Shown here: positions 18,495 to 28,266 of the stretch, in pieces
Position numbering within the stretch: position 1 is the first letter of the stretch
How the letters are laid out: each line of letters opens with the position of its first letter
IMG/VR virus record: IMGVR_UViG_3300028392_002123
Source of the DNA: a virus
Taxonomy: Duplodnaviria > Caudoviricetes
Strand: one strand, 5' to 3'
Length of the DNA: 64,000 nt
Translations under genes and position numbers: made by a program
Notes under the pieces: model-generated
The model's input: the letters and a program-made list of their open reading frames with translations, nothing else
What the model was told of the DNA's origin: nothing
Database searches by the model: none

Positions 18495-19229
18495 GTAATC
18501 TGATTTTTTATACTGGCTGATCAAGGCCTGCTGTTTGTATTTAGATACACTACGTTCCAGCAAATCATGATATTTTTTAATGTCGATGCCGCATTCATCA
18601 AATATTAAAACTAGTTTTCTAAATTCAGGATTGTACAAACTGCCATGTACTGTTCTCAAATTATTCCAAACAAAAGAATTTGTTTCTTCTAGTCTAGGTA
18701 TAAAAAATCTGTCATTCATTTTGCTGTCTGGTAATTTTTCCGCTGTATAAAGAGTCTGCTGGGGATTGTTGTCAAACAGCATTATTCTAAAACTACTGGG
18801 ATAATCAGTGAATTCAGTTTGATCTCTGTGCGGCCTAACTGGCCGATTACTGGACCACAGCTTTATATGTGGTACCACAGTAAAAGGAAATTCTTCCATG
18901 ACACGTTCCATGAAAAAAGGAAATAGAGTTAAAAACTCTTGTTTTGGATTTGTGGTCCAGTGATCAAATTTATTTGTATTCCCCGTGGGAAACACATCTA
19001 CTACGTCGTAGTTTGTTACACCTATCACAGGACTGGCAATATCGGCCTTGATTTTTTTATTTGGCACAGCATGGTTCGCAAACCATTGATTAATTTCTGG
19101 ATAGTTGTACACCGGCACGGCCAAGGGAACATAAGAATATTCTCCAAAAATTTCCAACTCTGCCAGTCTAGGATATTTTTCCAATTGACGGCTGCGGTTG
19201 ATGGTAAACTGAGATCGTTCTGTGATCAA
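18480..19229 (-). CDS. 2OG-Fe(II) oxygenase/cupin-like protein
   Basis: HRD...VHGS...RKLVLIFD; start uncertain (TTG). Confidence 0.62.
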   Translation of the reverse strand: MITERSQFTINRSRQLEKYPRLAELEIFGEYSYVPLAVPVYNYPEINQWFANHAVPNKKIKADIASPVIGVTNYDVVDVFPTGNTNKFDHWTTNPKQEFLTLFPFFMERVMEEFPFTVVPHIKLWSSNRPVRPHRDQTEFTDYPSSFRIMLFDNNPQQTLYTAEKLPDSKMNDRFFIPRLEETNSFVWNNLRTVHGSLYNPEFRKLVLIFDECGIDIKKYHDLLERSVSKYKQQALISQYKKSDYLDIV

Positions 19230-19230
19230 T

Positions 19231-19437
19231 TTAACTTTTCCATTCGGAGGCCGCGGACCAGGGCTTGAGGCTGTGTTTAGCCATTAAAAATGTGCGCTCA
19301 CCGGGCTGTTTGCATACAGTGATAAACTCTACACCGTCAATATTTTTAACCTGAGTATAATTTTCACAGTACCAAACATCGCCAGTTAGATCGTTTTTTA
19401 ACAATCGTGCTCGCACGGTACTATTGTTTTTCTTCAT
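19231..19437 (-). CDS. Hypothetical protein
   Basis: Start trimmed to MKKNN to avoid tRNA overlap. Confidence 0.55.
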   Translation of the reverse strand: MKKNNSTVRARLLKNDLTGDVWYCENYTQVKNIDGVEFITVCKQPGERTFLMAKHSLKPWSAASEWKS

Positions 19438-19476
19438 AAGATAAGACAGCAATTTATAGTAATTGCCAACTATAAT

Positions 19477-19552
19477 TGGAGCGGGCGAAGAGGTTCGAAC
19501 TCTCGACATTTACCTTGGCAAGGTAATGCTCTACCAACTGAGCTACGCCCGC
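19477..19552 (-). tRNA. tRNA-Gly (GCC)
   Basis: Cloverleaf; TTACC-TT GCC AA-GGTAA; CCA. Confidence 0.94.
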
Positions 19553-19564
19553 ATTTTCATATAT

Positions 19565-19588
19565 GAAAAGATCTTTCGGAGATCTTTC
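19565..19588 (-). terminator. Hairpin, possible terminator or processing signal upstream of tRNA-Gly
   Basis: GAAAGATCT-CCGAA-AGATCTTTTC. Confidence 0.4.
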
Positions 19589-19627
19589 CTGCGATTTATT
19601 TATATTCAATGTCAAATAAATAGATTT

Positions 19628-20272
19628 ATGCATAGTAATAAATTTAAAGAAACATTCTCCATGGAAAATGCAAAGTTGCCCGTGGGTTTTCAGGACTTAG
19701 ACAGTGATCTGGACCAAAAAGAAGTTCAGGAGTTAATTGACTATATCCACACATTAGACTTAGATTTTTTAACCATGGGCCAAGGTACACGTGGTAATCA
19801 TTTTTATGGCAGTACGTTTTTACGATTACCTGACAGGATTCTTTATGAAGATATAATTCCACAGCCAACTTGGGATAGTTTTTGGCGCTGGGCCCAATTA
19901 CCCAAGAATCCAGACCGAGAAAGAATATATGAAGAACTTAAATTTAAGCTAAGGCCAGCAATTACATCAATGTGCGAAAGTTTGTCTAAATTTACCGGTC
20001 GACGACATTTTCCCATGGGCATAGAAATAAACATTATGCCGCCTAATTCTAGAATTGAAACTCATATTGACAAACATCCTCGAGTTGAGGAAACACACAG
20101 AGTTCACTTAGTACTGGAAACTAACCCAGGCGCACGTATGTTCTGTGGACGTGAATCGCGCCACTGTCCGCAGGGCGCTGTGTTTATTTTCAATAATAAA
20201 ATGAGTCATGCTGTGATAAATGGTGACACTGATCGCAGTCATTTAGTTGTGGACTTTTTAACCTATCGTTAA
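19628..20272 (+). CDS. Aspartyl/asparaginyl beta-hydroxylase-like 2OG-Fe(II) oxygenase
   Basis: HIDKH, HRVHLVLETN, NNKMSHAV, RSHLVVD; TAAATA-N5-ATG start at 19628. Confidence 0.75.
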   Translation: MHSNKFKETFSMENAKLPVGFQDLDSDLDQKEVQELIDYIHTLDLDFLTMGQGTRGNHFYGSTFLRLPDRILYEDIIPQPTWDSFWRWAQLPKNPDRERIYEELKFKLRPAITSMCESLSKFTGRRHFPMGIEINIMPPNSRIETHIDKHPRVEETHRVHLVLETNPGARMFCGRESRHCPQGAVFIFNNKMSHAVINGDTDRSHLVVDFLTYR

Positions 20273-20631
20273 TCTGCCTGTCTAGTTAGATAATATTTGC
20301 GTAGCTTTTCTGCGCCAAAGTGTTTGTGCATACTAGCTTCAACAGTGGCAGAATCAAAGGGCTTGCAACTAAAAACGTCTAGATAAATTTGGCCCAGGCC
20401 ATCAACAAAGTGAGCTACAATGCTGGAAGTAACAATGACCTGTACCACAGTGAATCCTGCTTTGTCTGGAAATTCACCGGCAGTATATTCGATTCTGGGT
20501 TCGCCAATGGGTTTCATATCTATGTCCTTGACCAAATTTCGAATCCAAGCGTCTACATTTTTGTAGTCCGACATTAATTCTGCGTTGCAACCGCCACAGT
20601 CAATGATTAGATGATAGCCCCAGTATTCCAT
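20269..20631 (-). CDS. speD: S-adenosylmethionine decarboxylase family proenzyme
   Basis: GYHLIIDC, VIVTSSIVAHF (cleavage-site region), YLDVFSCKPFD. Confidence 0.75.
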   Translation of the reverse strand: MEYWGYHLIIDCGGCNAELMSDYKNVDAWIRNLVKDIDMKPIGEPRIEYTAGEFPDKAGFTVVQVIVTSSIVAHFVDGLGQIYLDVFSCKPFDSATVEASMHKHFGAEKLRKYYLTRQAD

Positions 20632-20717
20632 TTTTATTCCTTTAGTTATGTATGTATATTATAGCACCTCAATTATTTATTGCCTAGGTACTAAATAATC
20701 AAAAGCAAGGAACAAGC

Positions 20718-21341
20718 GTGAGCTACTACATGAAATTAAAATTGCCGGCCGATCCATTTAAATTCGGAGCAGCCAGAGAAAGTCTAAGAAAAATCACCGG
20801 CGGATATAATATTGTCAAACCTGAGGAAATACTCAATGACCAAGTCATGGACACTTTTGCCACGTGGTCATTGACTCCAAAATTTGTCAGCTTGTTTGGC
20901 CGCAACGATCAGGACAGTAAAATAGAAGACCGCATGATACACACTGACGTGGCTATGAATCGCGACGGCGCCACGTGGCGTAAGTTAATATTTGGCATTA
21001 ATTGGGAAATAGAACAAAGCGAAAATATATTTTCTTGGTGGGACATGTCTAAATTAAAAGAATGCTGGCCCGACGAACAGCTCGGTGAATTCAGTAAATA
21101 TAAAATACTAAATGGTATACACTATGTAAATCGAGGATTTTTAGGTATACCTGACCTAGCAGTTAAACTAGATGAAACTGTGATCTCTGGACCCACTGCG
21201 GTGCGTACAGAAATTCCACATATGACCTTGTATACCAGTCCCACTTATAAAAGACTGGGAATCAGTGTAAGATTTGACGAATCTAAATTTAATTCCTGGG
21301 CGGACGTTGTTGAATTATTAAAACCCCATGAGCTATCATAA
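20718..21341 (+). CDS. 2OG-Fe(II) oxygenase/cupin-like protein
   Basis: HTD...PHMT...RLGISVRF; tandem paralogue of the next gene. Confidence 0.65.
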   Translation: MSYYMKLKLPADPFKFGAARESLRKITGGYNIVKPEEILNDQVMDTFATWSLTPKFVSLFGRNDQDSKIEDRMIHTDVAMNRDGATWRKLIFGINWEIEQSENIFSWWDMSKLKECWPDEQLGEFSKYKILNGIHYVNRGFLGIPDLAVKLDETVISGPTAVRTEIPHMTLYTSPTYKRLGISVRFDESKFNSWADVVELLKPHELS

Positions 21342-21972
21342 ATCACTGAACTTGCCGGCCAACCCTATAATAGATTGGTCCGCACTAAAATCTAAATTGC
21401 CAAGAAATGTGGTCATGAGCAATAAAAACTTTGCCGGCAGTTTTTCATTGCTGGACATCAATAAACATCTAACCACAGAAGTTTTAGATACACTTGGCCA
21501 TGCAGGAATTACAGTAACACATTTAGTTGTTTTTTCCAATGGCAAATCTAGGACCAATGATGTAGAAAGAATGATACACAGCGATGTTAAATGGGATAGA
21601 GAAGATAATTCTTGGAAAAGTATACATTGCGGAATTAACTGGGAATTAGAAGGCACAAATTTATGGAAATGGTGGGACATGACTGCATACCCTGCTGTCT
21701 ACCCCACAGGCCCAATGACTCCGGAAAATCATATACTGCATGGCATACACTATGAACGTAGAGGAAGGTCCGGAGTACATCCAAATGCTAGATTAATCGA
21801 ACAGGCTTATATACCCGGTCCTAGTTTGGTACGCACAGATGTGCCGCACAGCACTATATTTGGCAAGGAAGGCTATACTCCCAGAGCAGGTATTAGTCTA
21901 CGAATAGATGAAACTAATATTTCATCCTGGGAAGATGCTGTAGAATTGTTTAAACCTTTGATCAAAGAATGA
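21328..21972 (+). CDS. 2OG-Fe(II) oxygenase/cupin-like protein
   Basis: HSD...PHST...RAGISLRI; shares GINWELE and WWDM with 20718. Confidence 0.65.
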   Translation: MSYHKSLNLPANPIIDWSALKSKLPRNVVMSNKNFAGSFSLLDINKHLTTEVLDTLGHAGITVTHLVVFSNGKSRTNDVERMIHSDVKWDREDNSWKSIHCGINWELEGTNLWKWWDMTAYPAVYPTGPMTPENHILHGIHYERRGRSGVHPNARLIEQAYIPGPSLVRTDVPHSTIFGKEGYTPRAGISLRIDETNISSWEDAVELFKPLIKE

Positions 21973-23453
21973 ATGTAATTTTAGTCAATGGCATCTATGA
22001 CTTGATGCCCAGTAGAAGTCTTGGTCCTTACTTGCTAAGACATGTGTTAGCCAAGAATGGCTATACCTGTCAAGTAATCGATCACTGTCAGGAATTCACA
22101 GCCGACGAACTCTACGCTACTATCAAACACTTTATCACCAAGGACACAGTATGCTTGGGATTCAGTACTACATTCTGGCGCGACATAGAACGTAAGATAT
22201 GGAACAACAATGGCGGCATGCCGCCTAACTTAGACACAGCCAGTCGTAGAATTAAACAGGAATATCCCCATATTAAACTAGTGCTAGGTGGTGCAGGCAT
22301 ACGCAATGTGGGTGCCAAGGTGGATCACGTTGACGCACTGGTAGTGGGTGAAGCCGAAGACCTGTTCATTGAACTCTTAGATCACTGGACCAAAGGCACA
22401 GCAGAACCTCCACGTAAAACAAATACAACAGTGAACAAGCCCTACTACAATCAATGTATAAACAAAGATTATGATGTCAGTACCTGCGACTTTATGTGGA
22501 GTTTCAGCGACGCAATTCTGCCCGGAGAACCCCTGCCCTTGGAAACAGCCAGGGGTTGTATTTTTAAGTGCAAGTTTTGTAGTTATCCGCACTTGGGTAA
22601 AAAGAAAATGGACTACTTAAAACCCATAGAACACATACGCGAACACATGATGCACAACTATGAACGTTGGGGTACACGACACTATATCATGCTGGATGAC
22701 ACATTCAATGACAGTGAACACAAGATAGACACACTCTTGGACATGACTCGTCGATTGCCTTTTAAAATAGGCTATGTTGCTTATATTAGAGCTGACTTGG
22801 TGCATAGATTCAAAGGACAGGCGGAAAAGCTACAGGAGTCCGGACTTGAAAGCTGTTTCTTTGGACTTGAAAGTCTACACCCCCAGGCCAGTCAAGCAGT
22901 GGGCAAGGGCTGGAGTGGTCGACATGCCAGAGAATATATACCGCATTTACTGCACGACATATGGCAGGATAAGGTCAATGTGACCACAGGCTTTATTGCA
23001 GGCCTACCCGGAGAAGACGCTGACAGTTTGCTGGACACACTTAAATGGGTCAATGACAATGGCATCATGACATTCTGGTTGGGCTTGGGTATCAGCAGTC
23101 CTGCCAGCTTGGCCGCAGGCAGCATGGATGGTGTGGCCTTTTACAGTGAGTTTGAACGTAACGCTGACAAATACGGCTATAAATTTGACAGCAAAGGTTG
23201 GTGGTACAATGATCTATGGACACATCATACTGCGGAAAAGTTTGCCATGGAACGGCTTAACTATTATAGAAAACTTAAACGTATTAGCTGTTGGTTCCAT
23301 ATTCAGCTACGTGCCTTTGGCTACACAGACGACGAACTATGGGCCATTGCCGGCAGTCAACTCACACACAATGGCTTTTTAACAGATCAGACATTTCTGG
23401 ACCGCAGAGACAAATACGTGGCTGACTATAAGAAATTGTTGTTGACACTATAA
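21969..23453 (+). CDS. B12-binding radical SAM enzyme
   Basis: N-terminal cobalamin-binding-like domain (LVLGG, GEAED); ETARGCIFKCKFC; DDTFN; FGLES. Confidence 0.88.
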   Translation: MNVILVNGIYDLMPSRSLGPYLLRHVLAKNGYTCQVIDHCQEFTADELYATIKHFITKDTVCLGFSTTFWRDIERKIWNNNGGMPPNLDTASRRIKQEYPHIKLVLGGAGIRNVGAKVDHVDALVVGEAEDLFIELLDHWTKGTAEPPRKTNTTVNKPYYNQCINKDYDVSTCDFMWSFSDAILPGEPLPLETARGCIFKCKFCSYPHLGKKKMDYLKPIEHIREHMMHNYERWGTRHYIMLDDTFNDSEHKIDTLLDMTRRLPFKIGYVAYIRADLVHRFKGQAEKLQESGLESCFFGLESLHPQASQAVGKGWSGRHAREYIPHLLHDIWQDKVNVTTGFIAGLPGEDADSLLDTLKWVNDNGIMTFWLGLGISSPASLAAGSMDGVAFYSEFERNADKYGYKFDSKGWWYNDLWTHHTAEKFAMERLNYYRKLKRISCWFHIQLRAFGYTDDELWAIAGSQLTHNGFLTDQTFLDRRDKYVADYKKLLLTL

Positions 23454-24158
23454 CAAGCCCCTGCGCTGATATAAAGTTTCTAGACTACAGTCCAGGGCCA
23501 AGGCCACAACCAGTCTAAATCCCGGGCGATCAATGTCCAAACAATGAGCACAGTCTGTGCGTAAAAATGCGGCACAGTGGTTCTTATATAAACCATGTTT
23601 TGTTGTTGTAGGTTGGCCTAGGTACTGCCATTTTTCTAGATAGTCCCTGCCCTTGATGGCCAAGTATTGATAATTCCGCACACCTAGATTTTCATGATCC
23701 TGTATGCCCACCAAGGGATGACCAGGCACAACATTTTCCCACCAATGCATGGGATCATCAGGATCATATTCAATGACCACATTAAAGCGTGTTAGCACTG
23801 GCAGTCTGCGTAAAGGGTCCACTTCATCCCATTTATATCCATCAATATGCGGATATCCTGGCTGAGCTTTATTGGCATTATTGCTGAGGAACACGTCGGG
23901 CCCACAGAGTTCACTGCCCACATAATTTCTTTCAATGCCCCAGGTCGCCAAATAGTCACGTAGTTCTTCCAGGGCCCGACTGCCCTGCCATATTATTTTC
24001 TTATTAAAGAATTTGTGTTCTGCGTCTACAGTAGCGTATTTGTCATAGGCAATATACTTGTTGACAAAAGGATAATAATAAATTTGTTTAATCCATTCCA
24101 CTGCTTCAGCACTAAATTTAAAATCGCTGTGGTGATAACAATAATTTAATTCGCTCAT
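23448..24158 (-). CDS. 2OG-Fe(II) oxygenase/cupin-like protein
   Basis: HID...AHCL...RLVVALAL; TAAATA-N5-ATG. Confidence 0.62.
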   Translation of the reverse strand: MSELNYCYHHSDFKFSAEAVEWIKQIYYYPFVNKYIAYDKYATVDAEHKFFNKKIIWQGSRALEELRDYLATWGIERNYVGSELCGPDVFLSNNANKAQPGYPHIDGYKWDEVDPLRRLPVLTRFNVVIEYDPDDPMHWWENVVPGHPLVGIQDHENLGVRNYQYLAIKGRDYLEKWQYLGQPTTTKHGLYKNHCAAFLRTDCAHCLDIDRPGFRLVVALALDCSLETLYQRRGLL

Positions 24159-24188
24159 AGTCGTATTTATTATTCATAAATATTCATT

Positions 24189-25637
24189 ATGCACGTCATA
24201 TTTTTAAACAGTATATACACACAAATTCCGCAAAGAAGTCTTGGTCCGTATTTGCTCAAACATCAATTAGCCAAGAATAATTATCAAAGTCAAGTCATTG
24301 ATTTTTGTCAAGACTGGCATGCTGATCAAATTTTACTGCTATTTAAAAAATTTGCCACAGACAAAACTCTGTGTTTGGCACTGAGCAGTACATTTTGGTT
24401 TGACGAAACACAGACTTATTATACCTATGACAACGGAATTCCGCCCAACATTTATCAAGCCGTTAAATTAATTAAACAACAGTTTCCCCAGGTTAAAATC
24501 GTTTTGGGCGGAGCGCACAGTAGTTATATGCGTTATAGAATAGAAGACGTGGACTGTGTGTTCATTGGAGAAAGCGAAGACACACTGGTAGAAGTGTTGG
24601 ACCATTGGTGCCGGGCCGGCCAAGAACCTGTCAGTGAAATTAATCCCGCCACAGGCAAATTAACATACAGAGATCCAAGGAATAAAAAATATCAAATACA
24701 GACCTGTGATTTTATGTGGCAGGAAGAAGACTGTATTATCAACAAAGAAGCTCTGCCCATGGAAACTGCTAGAGGCTGTATATTTAAATGTAGTTTTTGC
24801 GCTTATCCGCACTTGGGTAAAAAGAAATTCGATTATTTAAAACCCAATGATGCCATTAAAAATTATTTAATTAACAATTATAATCGTTGGCAGACCACTA
24901 GTTATATCATCTTAGATGACACTTTCAATGACAGCGAATATAAAATAGATGGATTTTTAGATATTACTAAAAGCCTGCCTTTTAGCATAGAATACGCGGC
25001 CTATATTAGAGCAGACTTGGTCTATAGGTTTGAAGGCATGGCAGACAAGCTGGCAGAAACAGGCCTGCGTGGAGCTTTCTTTGGCATTGAAAGCCTGCAC
25101 CCCCGGGCCAGTCAGATTGTGGGCAAAGGCTGGAGCGGTAGACATGCTCGTGAGTTTGTGCCCAGACTGGTACATGACACGTGGCAGAATAAGATCACTG
25201 CACATTGTGGATTAATTGTGGGACTGCCCGGAGAAACTCGTGAAGATTTAACTACAAGTTTAACCTGGGCCAATGACAACATGATCAATGTTATTTTCTT
25301 TGGCCTGCAGGTCACTAATAACTTACACGAGCGTAGCTATATCAGTGAATTCGAGCGTAACGCTGACAAATATGGATTTAAATTTGACGAGCATGGAAAA
25401 TGGTATAATGACACGTGGACAAGAAATTCTGTTTTAGAATTCAGCGCACAATTAAATCCTCAGCGCAGGCGCATGAATTATTCGGGATTTAATCACGTGG
25501 CCCTGCACACACTGGGCTATACCAATGAAGAAATAATGAACACACACCAGGATCTACTAGTGCGTAACAGTGAGGAATTTCGTCAGCGTAAACAACAATT
25601 CCTCAGGGCCTATTGGAATAAAATTATCAATTTATAA
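24189..25637 (+). CDS. B12-binding radical SAM enzyme (paralogue of 21969)
   Basis: IVLGG, GESED; ETARGCIFKCSFC; DDTFN; FGIES. Confidence 0.88.
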   Translation: MHVIFLNSIYTQIPQRSLGPYLLKHQLAKNNYQSQVIDFCQDWHADQILLLFKKFATDKTLCLALSSTFWFDETQTYYTYDNGIPPNIYQAVKLIKQQFPQVKIVLGGAHSSYMRYRIEDVDCVFIGESEDTLVEVLDHWCRAGQEPVSEINPATGKLTYRDPRNKKYQIQTCDFMWQEEDCIINKEALPMETARGCIFKCSFCAYPHLGKKKFDYLKPNDAIKNYLINNYNRWQTTSYIILDDTFNDSEYKIDGFLDITKSLPFSIEYAAYIRADLVYRFEGMADKLAETGLRGAFFGIESLHPRASQIVGKGWSGRHAREFVPRLVHDTWQNKITAHCGLIVGLPGETREDLTTSLTWANDNMINVIFFGLQVTNNLHERSYISEFERNADKYGFKFDEHGKWYNDTWTRNSVLEFSAQLNPQRRRMNYSGFNHVALHTLGYTNEEIMNTHQDLLVRNSEEFRQRKQQFLRAYWNKIINL

Positions 25638-25646
25638 ATAACAACA

Positions 25647-26207
25647 ATGATGTATAAAAAATTAATTCTGCCCCGGGATTTAATCACGGAAATTCAAATA
25701 ACTGCCATTGAGGAAATGTCTACATTTGATGTTAATTCTGGACAGCTACATTTCTTAATTAAACCACAGCATGTCATGGGCAAATATTTAAAAATGACCT
25801 ATCCCACTCTGCCCTTTTTATATAATTGTTTATTATTTCATCGTCCCCCTAATTTTCAACAGGCTCTGCACATAGACTGTAACAATGAAGATCCGCCGCA
25901 GTTGATCAACTGTGCCATTAATATACCCCTGCAAAACTGTGACGACAGCTACATGGAATGGTACTCGGGTGCGTATACCACAGAAGTCAATGCCACAGTG
26001 GGTCAGGATGGTAGAACTAGAAAATTCGTTGAACTAGCATGGCAGGGAGAACCCCAGTTAATAGAAAAAACAATAATAGATCAGCCCACGCTGGTACGTG
26101 TTAATCAGCCACATAGAATCAGTTGTATTAGTCGTGTGCGTAGTTTAATTACTTTTAGATTCAGCAAGAATCCTGATTTTGACACAGTGGAAGCTATGAT
26201 GCTTTGA
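25647..26207 (+). CDS. 2OG-Fe(II) oxygenase/cupin-like protein
   Basis: HID...PHRI...RSLITFRF; TATAAATA-N6-ATG. Confidence 0.65.
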   Translation: MMYKKLILPRDLITEIQITAIEEMSTFDVNSGQLHFLIKPQHVMGKYLKMTYPTLPFLYNCLLFHRPPNFQQALHIDCNNEDPPQLINCAINIPLQNCDDSYMEWYSGAYTTEVNATVGQDGRTRKFVELAWQGEPQLIEKTIIDQPTLVRVNQPHRISCISRVRSLITFRFSKNPDFDTVEAMML

Positions 26208-26892
26208 CATCAGCAGGTATTTCTGCAATGCCTGTGATGCGTATTTTTTCCAAGTCAAAAAAGCTACGGGGAATTAAATTCATTTCCTGGGCTCCCCATA
26301 ATAAACGTAGATAAACATCATCTCCACCTAGCTCAGACTTTGAATTTTTCAACATGGGCACAATGCTGAGACAGATTCTGGGTCGGTCCGGTGTGCCATT
26401 TTTCATTTGTACGCTGTGGGGAATTCCTGCGTTTACCACGTAGAGTCCGGACATGTCTAAATGATCTATTTCCATGACGTCCTCGGGAGGAAATGCTAGA
26501 TACTTTGTGCCAGCATTGGTCACTAACTGATGTCGATCTTCAACTCGAACCCTGGGCATGTACCAGCGCATGATATTGTCCGACTCACCTATTACATAGT
26601 TAATTTTAGCAATACAGGGTACAACTCTATGCCCGTCTACGTGTATAAAAGCATCAAAGTCTTCGCCTACACCAGGACGAAAAAATACTTCACTGTGCTT
26701 GACTACCATGCCGCCACGTAGCATCATTTCTTTAAATTGCTCACTGATATATTCGGGATCATATTTGTAGTGTGCAAAAAATGTATAAGGTTGACCTTCT
26801 TTATTCTTAGGAAACGGATAAGTTTCTAATATTGTTTCCTTGCTGGCAGGAGCTATATTTAAAATATTAATGTCTCTATATGTAAATGTCAT
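26194..26892 (-). CDS. 2OG-Fe(II) oxygenase/cupin-like protein
   Basis: HVD...PHSV...RICLSIVP. Confidence 0.65.
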   Translation of the reverse strand: MTFTYRDINILNIAPASKETILETYPFPKNKEGQPYTFFAHYKYDPEYISEQFKEMMLRGGMVVKHSEVFFRPGVGEDFDAFIHVDGHRVVPCIAKINYVIGESDNIMRWYMPRVRVEDRHQLVTNAGTKYLAFPPEDVMEIDHLDMSGLYVVNAGIPHSVQMKNGTPDRPRICLSIVPMLKNSKSELGGDDVYLRLLWGAQEMNLIPRSFFDLEKIRITGIAEIPADVKAS

Positions 26893-27437
26893 TTTAAATA
26901 TCCTTTGAACGTGTCTTCAATTTGATTAAATTTTACTTTTAGGTTGTGTTTATTTAACAGCATAAAACTATAGCAAAGTCTAGGCACGTCAACATTTTCC
27001 ACATTGTGTAACTGTCCAGCATTGACTATGGTAGGCTCTAACAGTGAGCTTTCTGCTACCATTTCCACATCTTCCCTGGCAGCCCACATATAGGGAGTGT
27101 TGATCACTGTCATTTTAAACTGTGCAGAACAGCCGGGTCGAAGCTGCCACCAACGCATAACGCTGGCACCTGGATTAACTATAAAGTTAATTTTAATATG
27201 ATTGTCAATTTGGCGGCCGTCTAAGTGCAGAGCCCAGGGATAGTCGATGTCTGTGGGTTTTTTTAAAAATACTTCGCTGAAGCCAATTTTTAATTCTAAA
27301 CTGGCCAGCCAATCAATAAAATTAACGTCAATTAATTCTCTGTCTAATTTAATTTGTCCGTGTGCAGTGGGAAATTTAACTTCGGGCAGGGACATTTTAA
27401 ATGGCAGCGTTAATTCTCTATAATATATATTTTCCAT
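26889..27437 (-). CDS. 2OG-Fe(II) oxygenase/cupin-like protein
   Basis: HLD...LHNV...RLCYSFML; start trimmed to MENIY. Confidence 0.65.
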   Translation of the reverse strand: MENIYYRELTLPFKMSLPEVKFPTAHGQIKLDRELIDVNFIDWLASLELKIGFSEVFLKKPTDIDYPWALHLDGRQIDNHIKINFIVNPGASVMRWWQLRPGCSAQFKMTVINTPYMWAAREDVEMVAESSLLEPTIVNAGQLHNVENVDVPRLCYSFMLLNKHNLKVKFNQIEDTFKGYLK

Positions 27438-27439
27438 GA

Positions 27440-28219
27440 TTAATTCTTGGCTATCCAAAAGCTTAGATGACAGCGTGTCTGTTCTTCTCTGGGCTGATAC
27501 CAACCCACGCCCACTGACGCCACTGAGTGCATGTAGTCCTTGGTGAATATTTCATAGACCTGACCATCCGCGGGAATATAGTGTCCGACAAAGTCCATGG
27601 GCTGTTGTGCTTCTTCTTGATCAAAGCCTGCTTTCCATTTAAAATTTCTAGCACTGAATAATAGTACGTGCCCGGGGTTGGTCCACAGGGGAATATGAAA
27701 TCTATTTTCCACGGGATCGTCTTTGTGCCAGTAAAGTCCCTGACTGGTACCATTGACTGTTCTATTCTGACAGCGTATGCGTATGGGTGCTTGAAATTTA
27801 TCCTGCATGTAATTGTGCAGTTCTTCCACTATGGTGCCTTTAAATCTAGGCACCAGCTCGGCTAATTGATCATCGGTCATAGCAGGTTCTTCAACGCCCA
27901 CACCGTCAACAACACGACCCCTGCGTCCGGTGCCGCCAAACAACTGTTGATCCAATTCAGTGAATCTAGACAGGTTAGTGGTTAAATTAATATCACCATT
28001 GGTAATTCTGCTGGGATTGACAGCGTTGTAATCATGATGCAGGCTGGCATCACACCAATCCTCTGTGCCCAACTTTTTAAGTTCAACTGTTCTACGCCAG
28101 TGATCAAATCTAATGCCCGCTAGGAATACTCTGTCGCGAACAACTTCGGTTATTTTATTCACGTCCCATTGACTGAGATCTTGTCGTACTTCATAATATT
28201 TTTTAAACAGTGACGTCAT
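27440..28219 (-). CDS. 2OG-Fe(II) oxygenase (Asp/Asn hydroxylase-like)
   Basis: WHKD, RFHIPLWTN, MHSV, RCHL; TATAAATA-N5-ATG. Confidence 0.68.
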   Translation of the reverse strand: MTSLFKKYYEVRQDLSQWDVNKITEVVRDRVFLAGIRFDHWRRTVELKKLGTEDWCDASLHHDYNAVNPSRITNGDINLTTNLSRFTELDQQLFGGTGRRGRVVDGVGVEEPAMTDDQLAELVPRFKGTIVEELHNYMQDKFQAPIRIRCQNRTVNGTSQGLYWHKDDPVENRFHIPLWTNPGHVLLFSARNFKWKAGFDQEEAQQPMDFVGHYIPADGQVYEIFTKDYMHSVASVGVGWYQPREEQTRCHLSFWIAKN

Positions 28220-28266
28220 GAAATTATTTATAGCAAAAATCGTTTATTTTCACTATAAATATTCAC

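Noticed and set aside
19463-19627. N-terminal extension of the 19463 ORF
   Set aside because: It overlaps tRNA-Gly on the other strand; TAAATA-N5-ATG supports a start at 19628.
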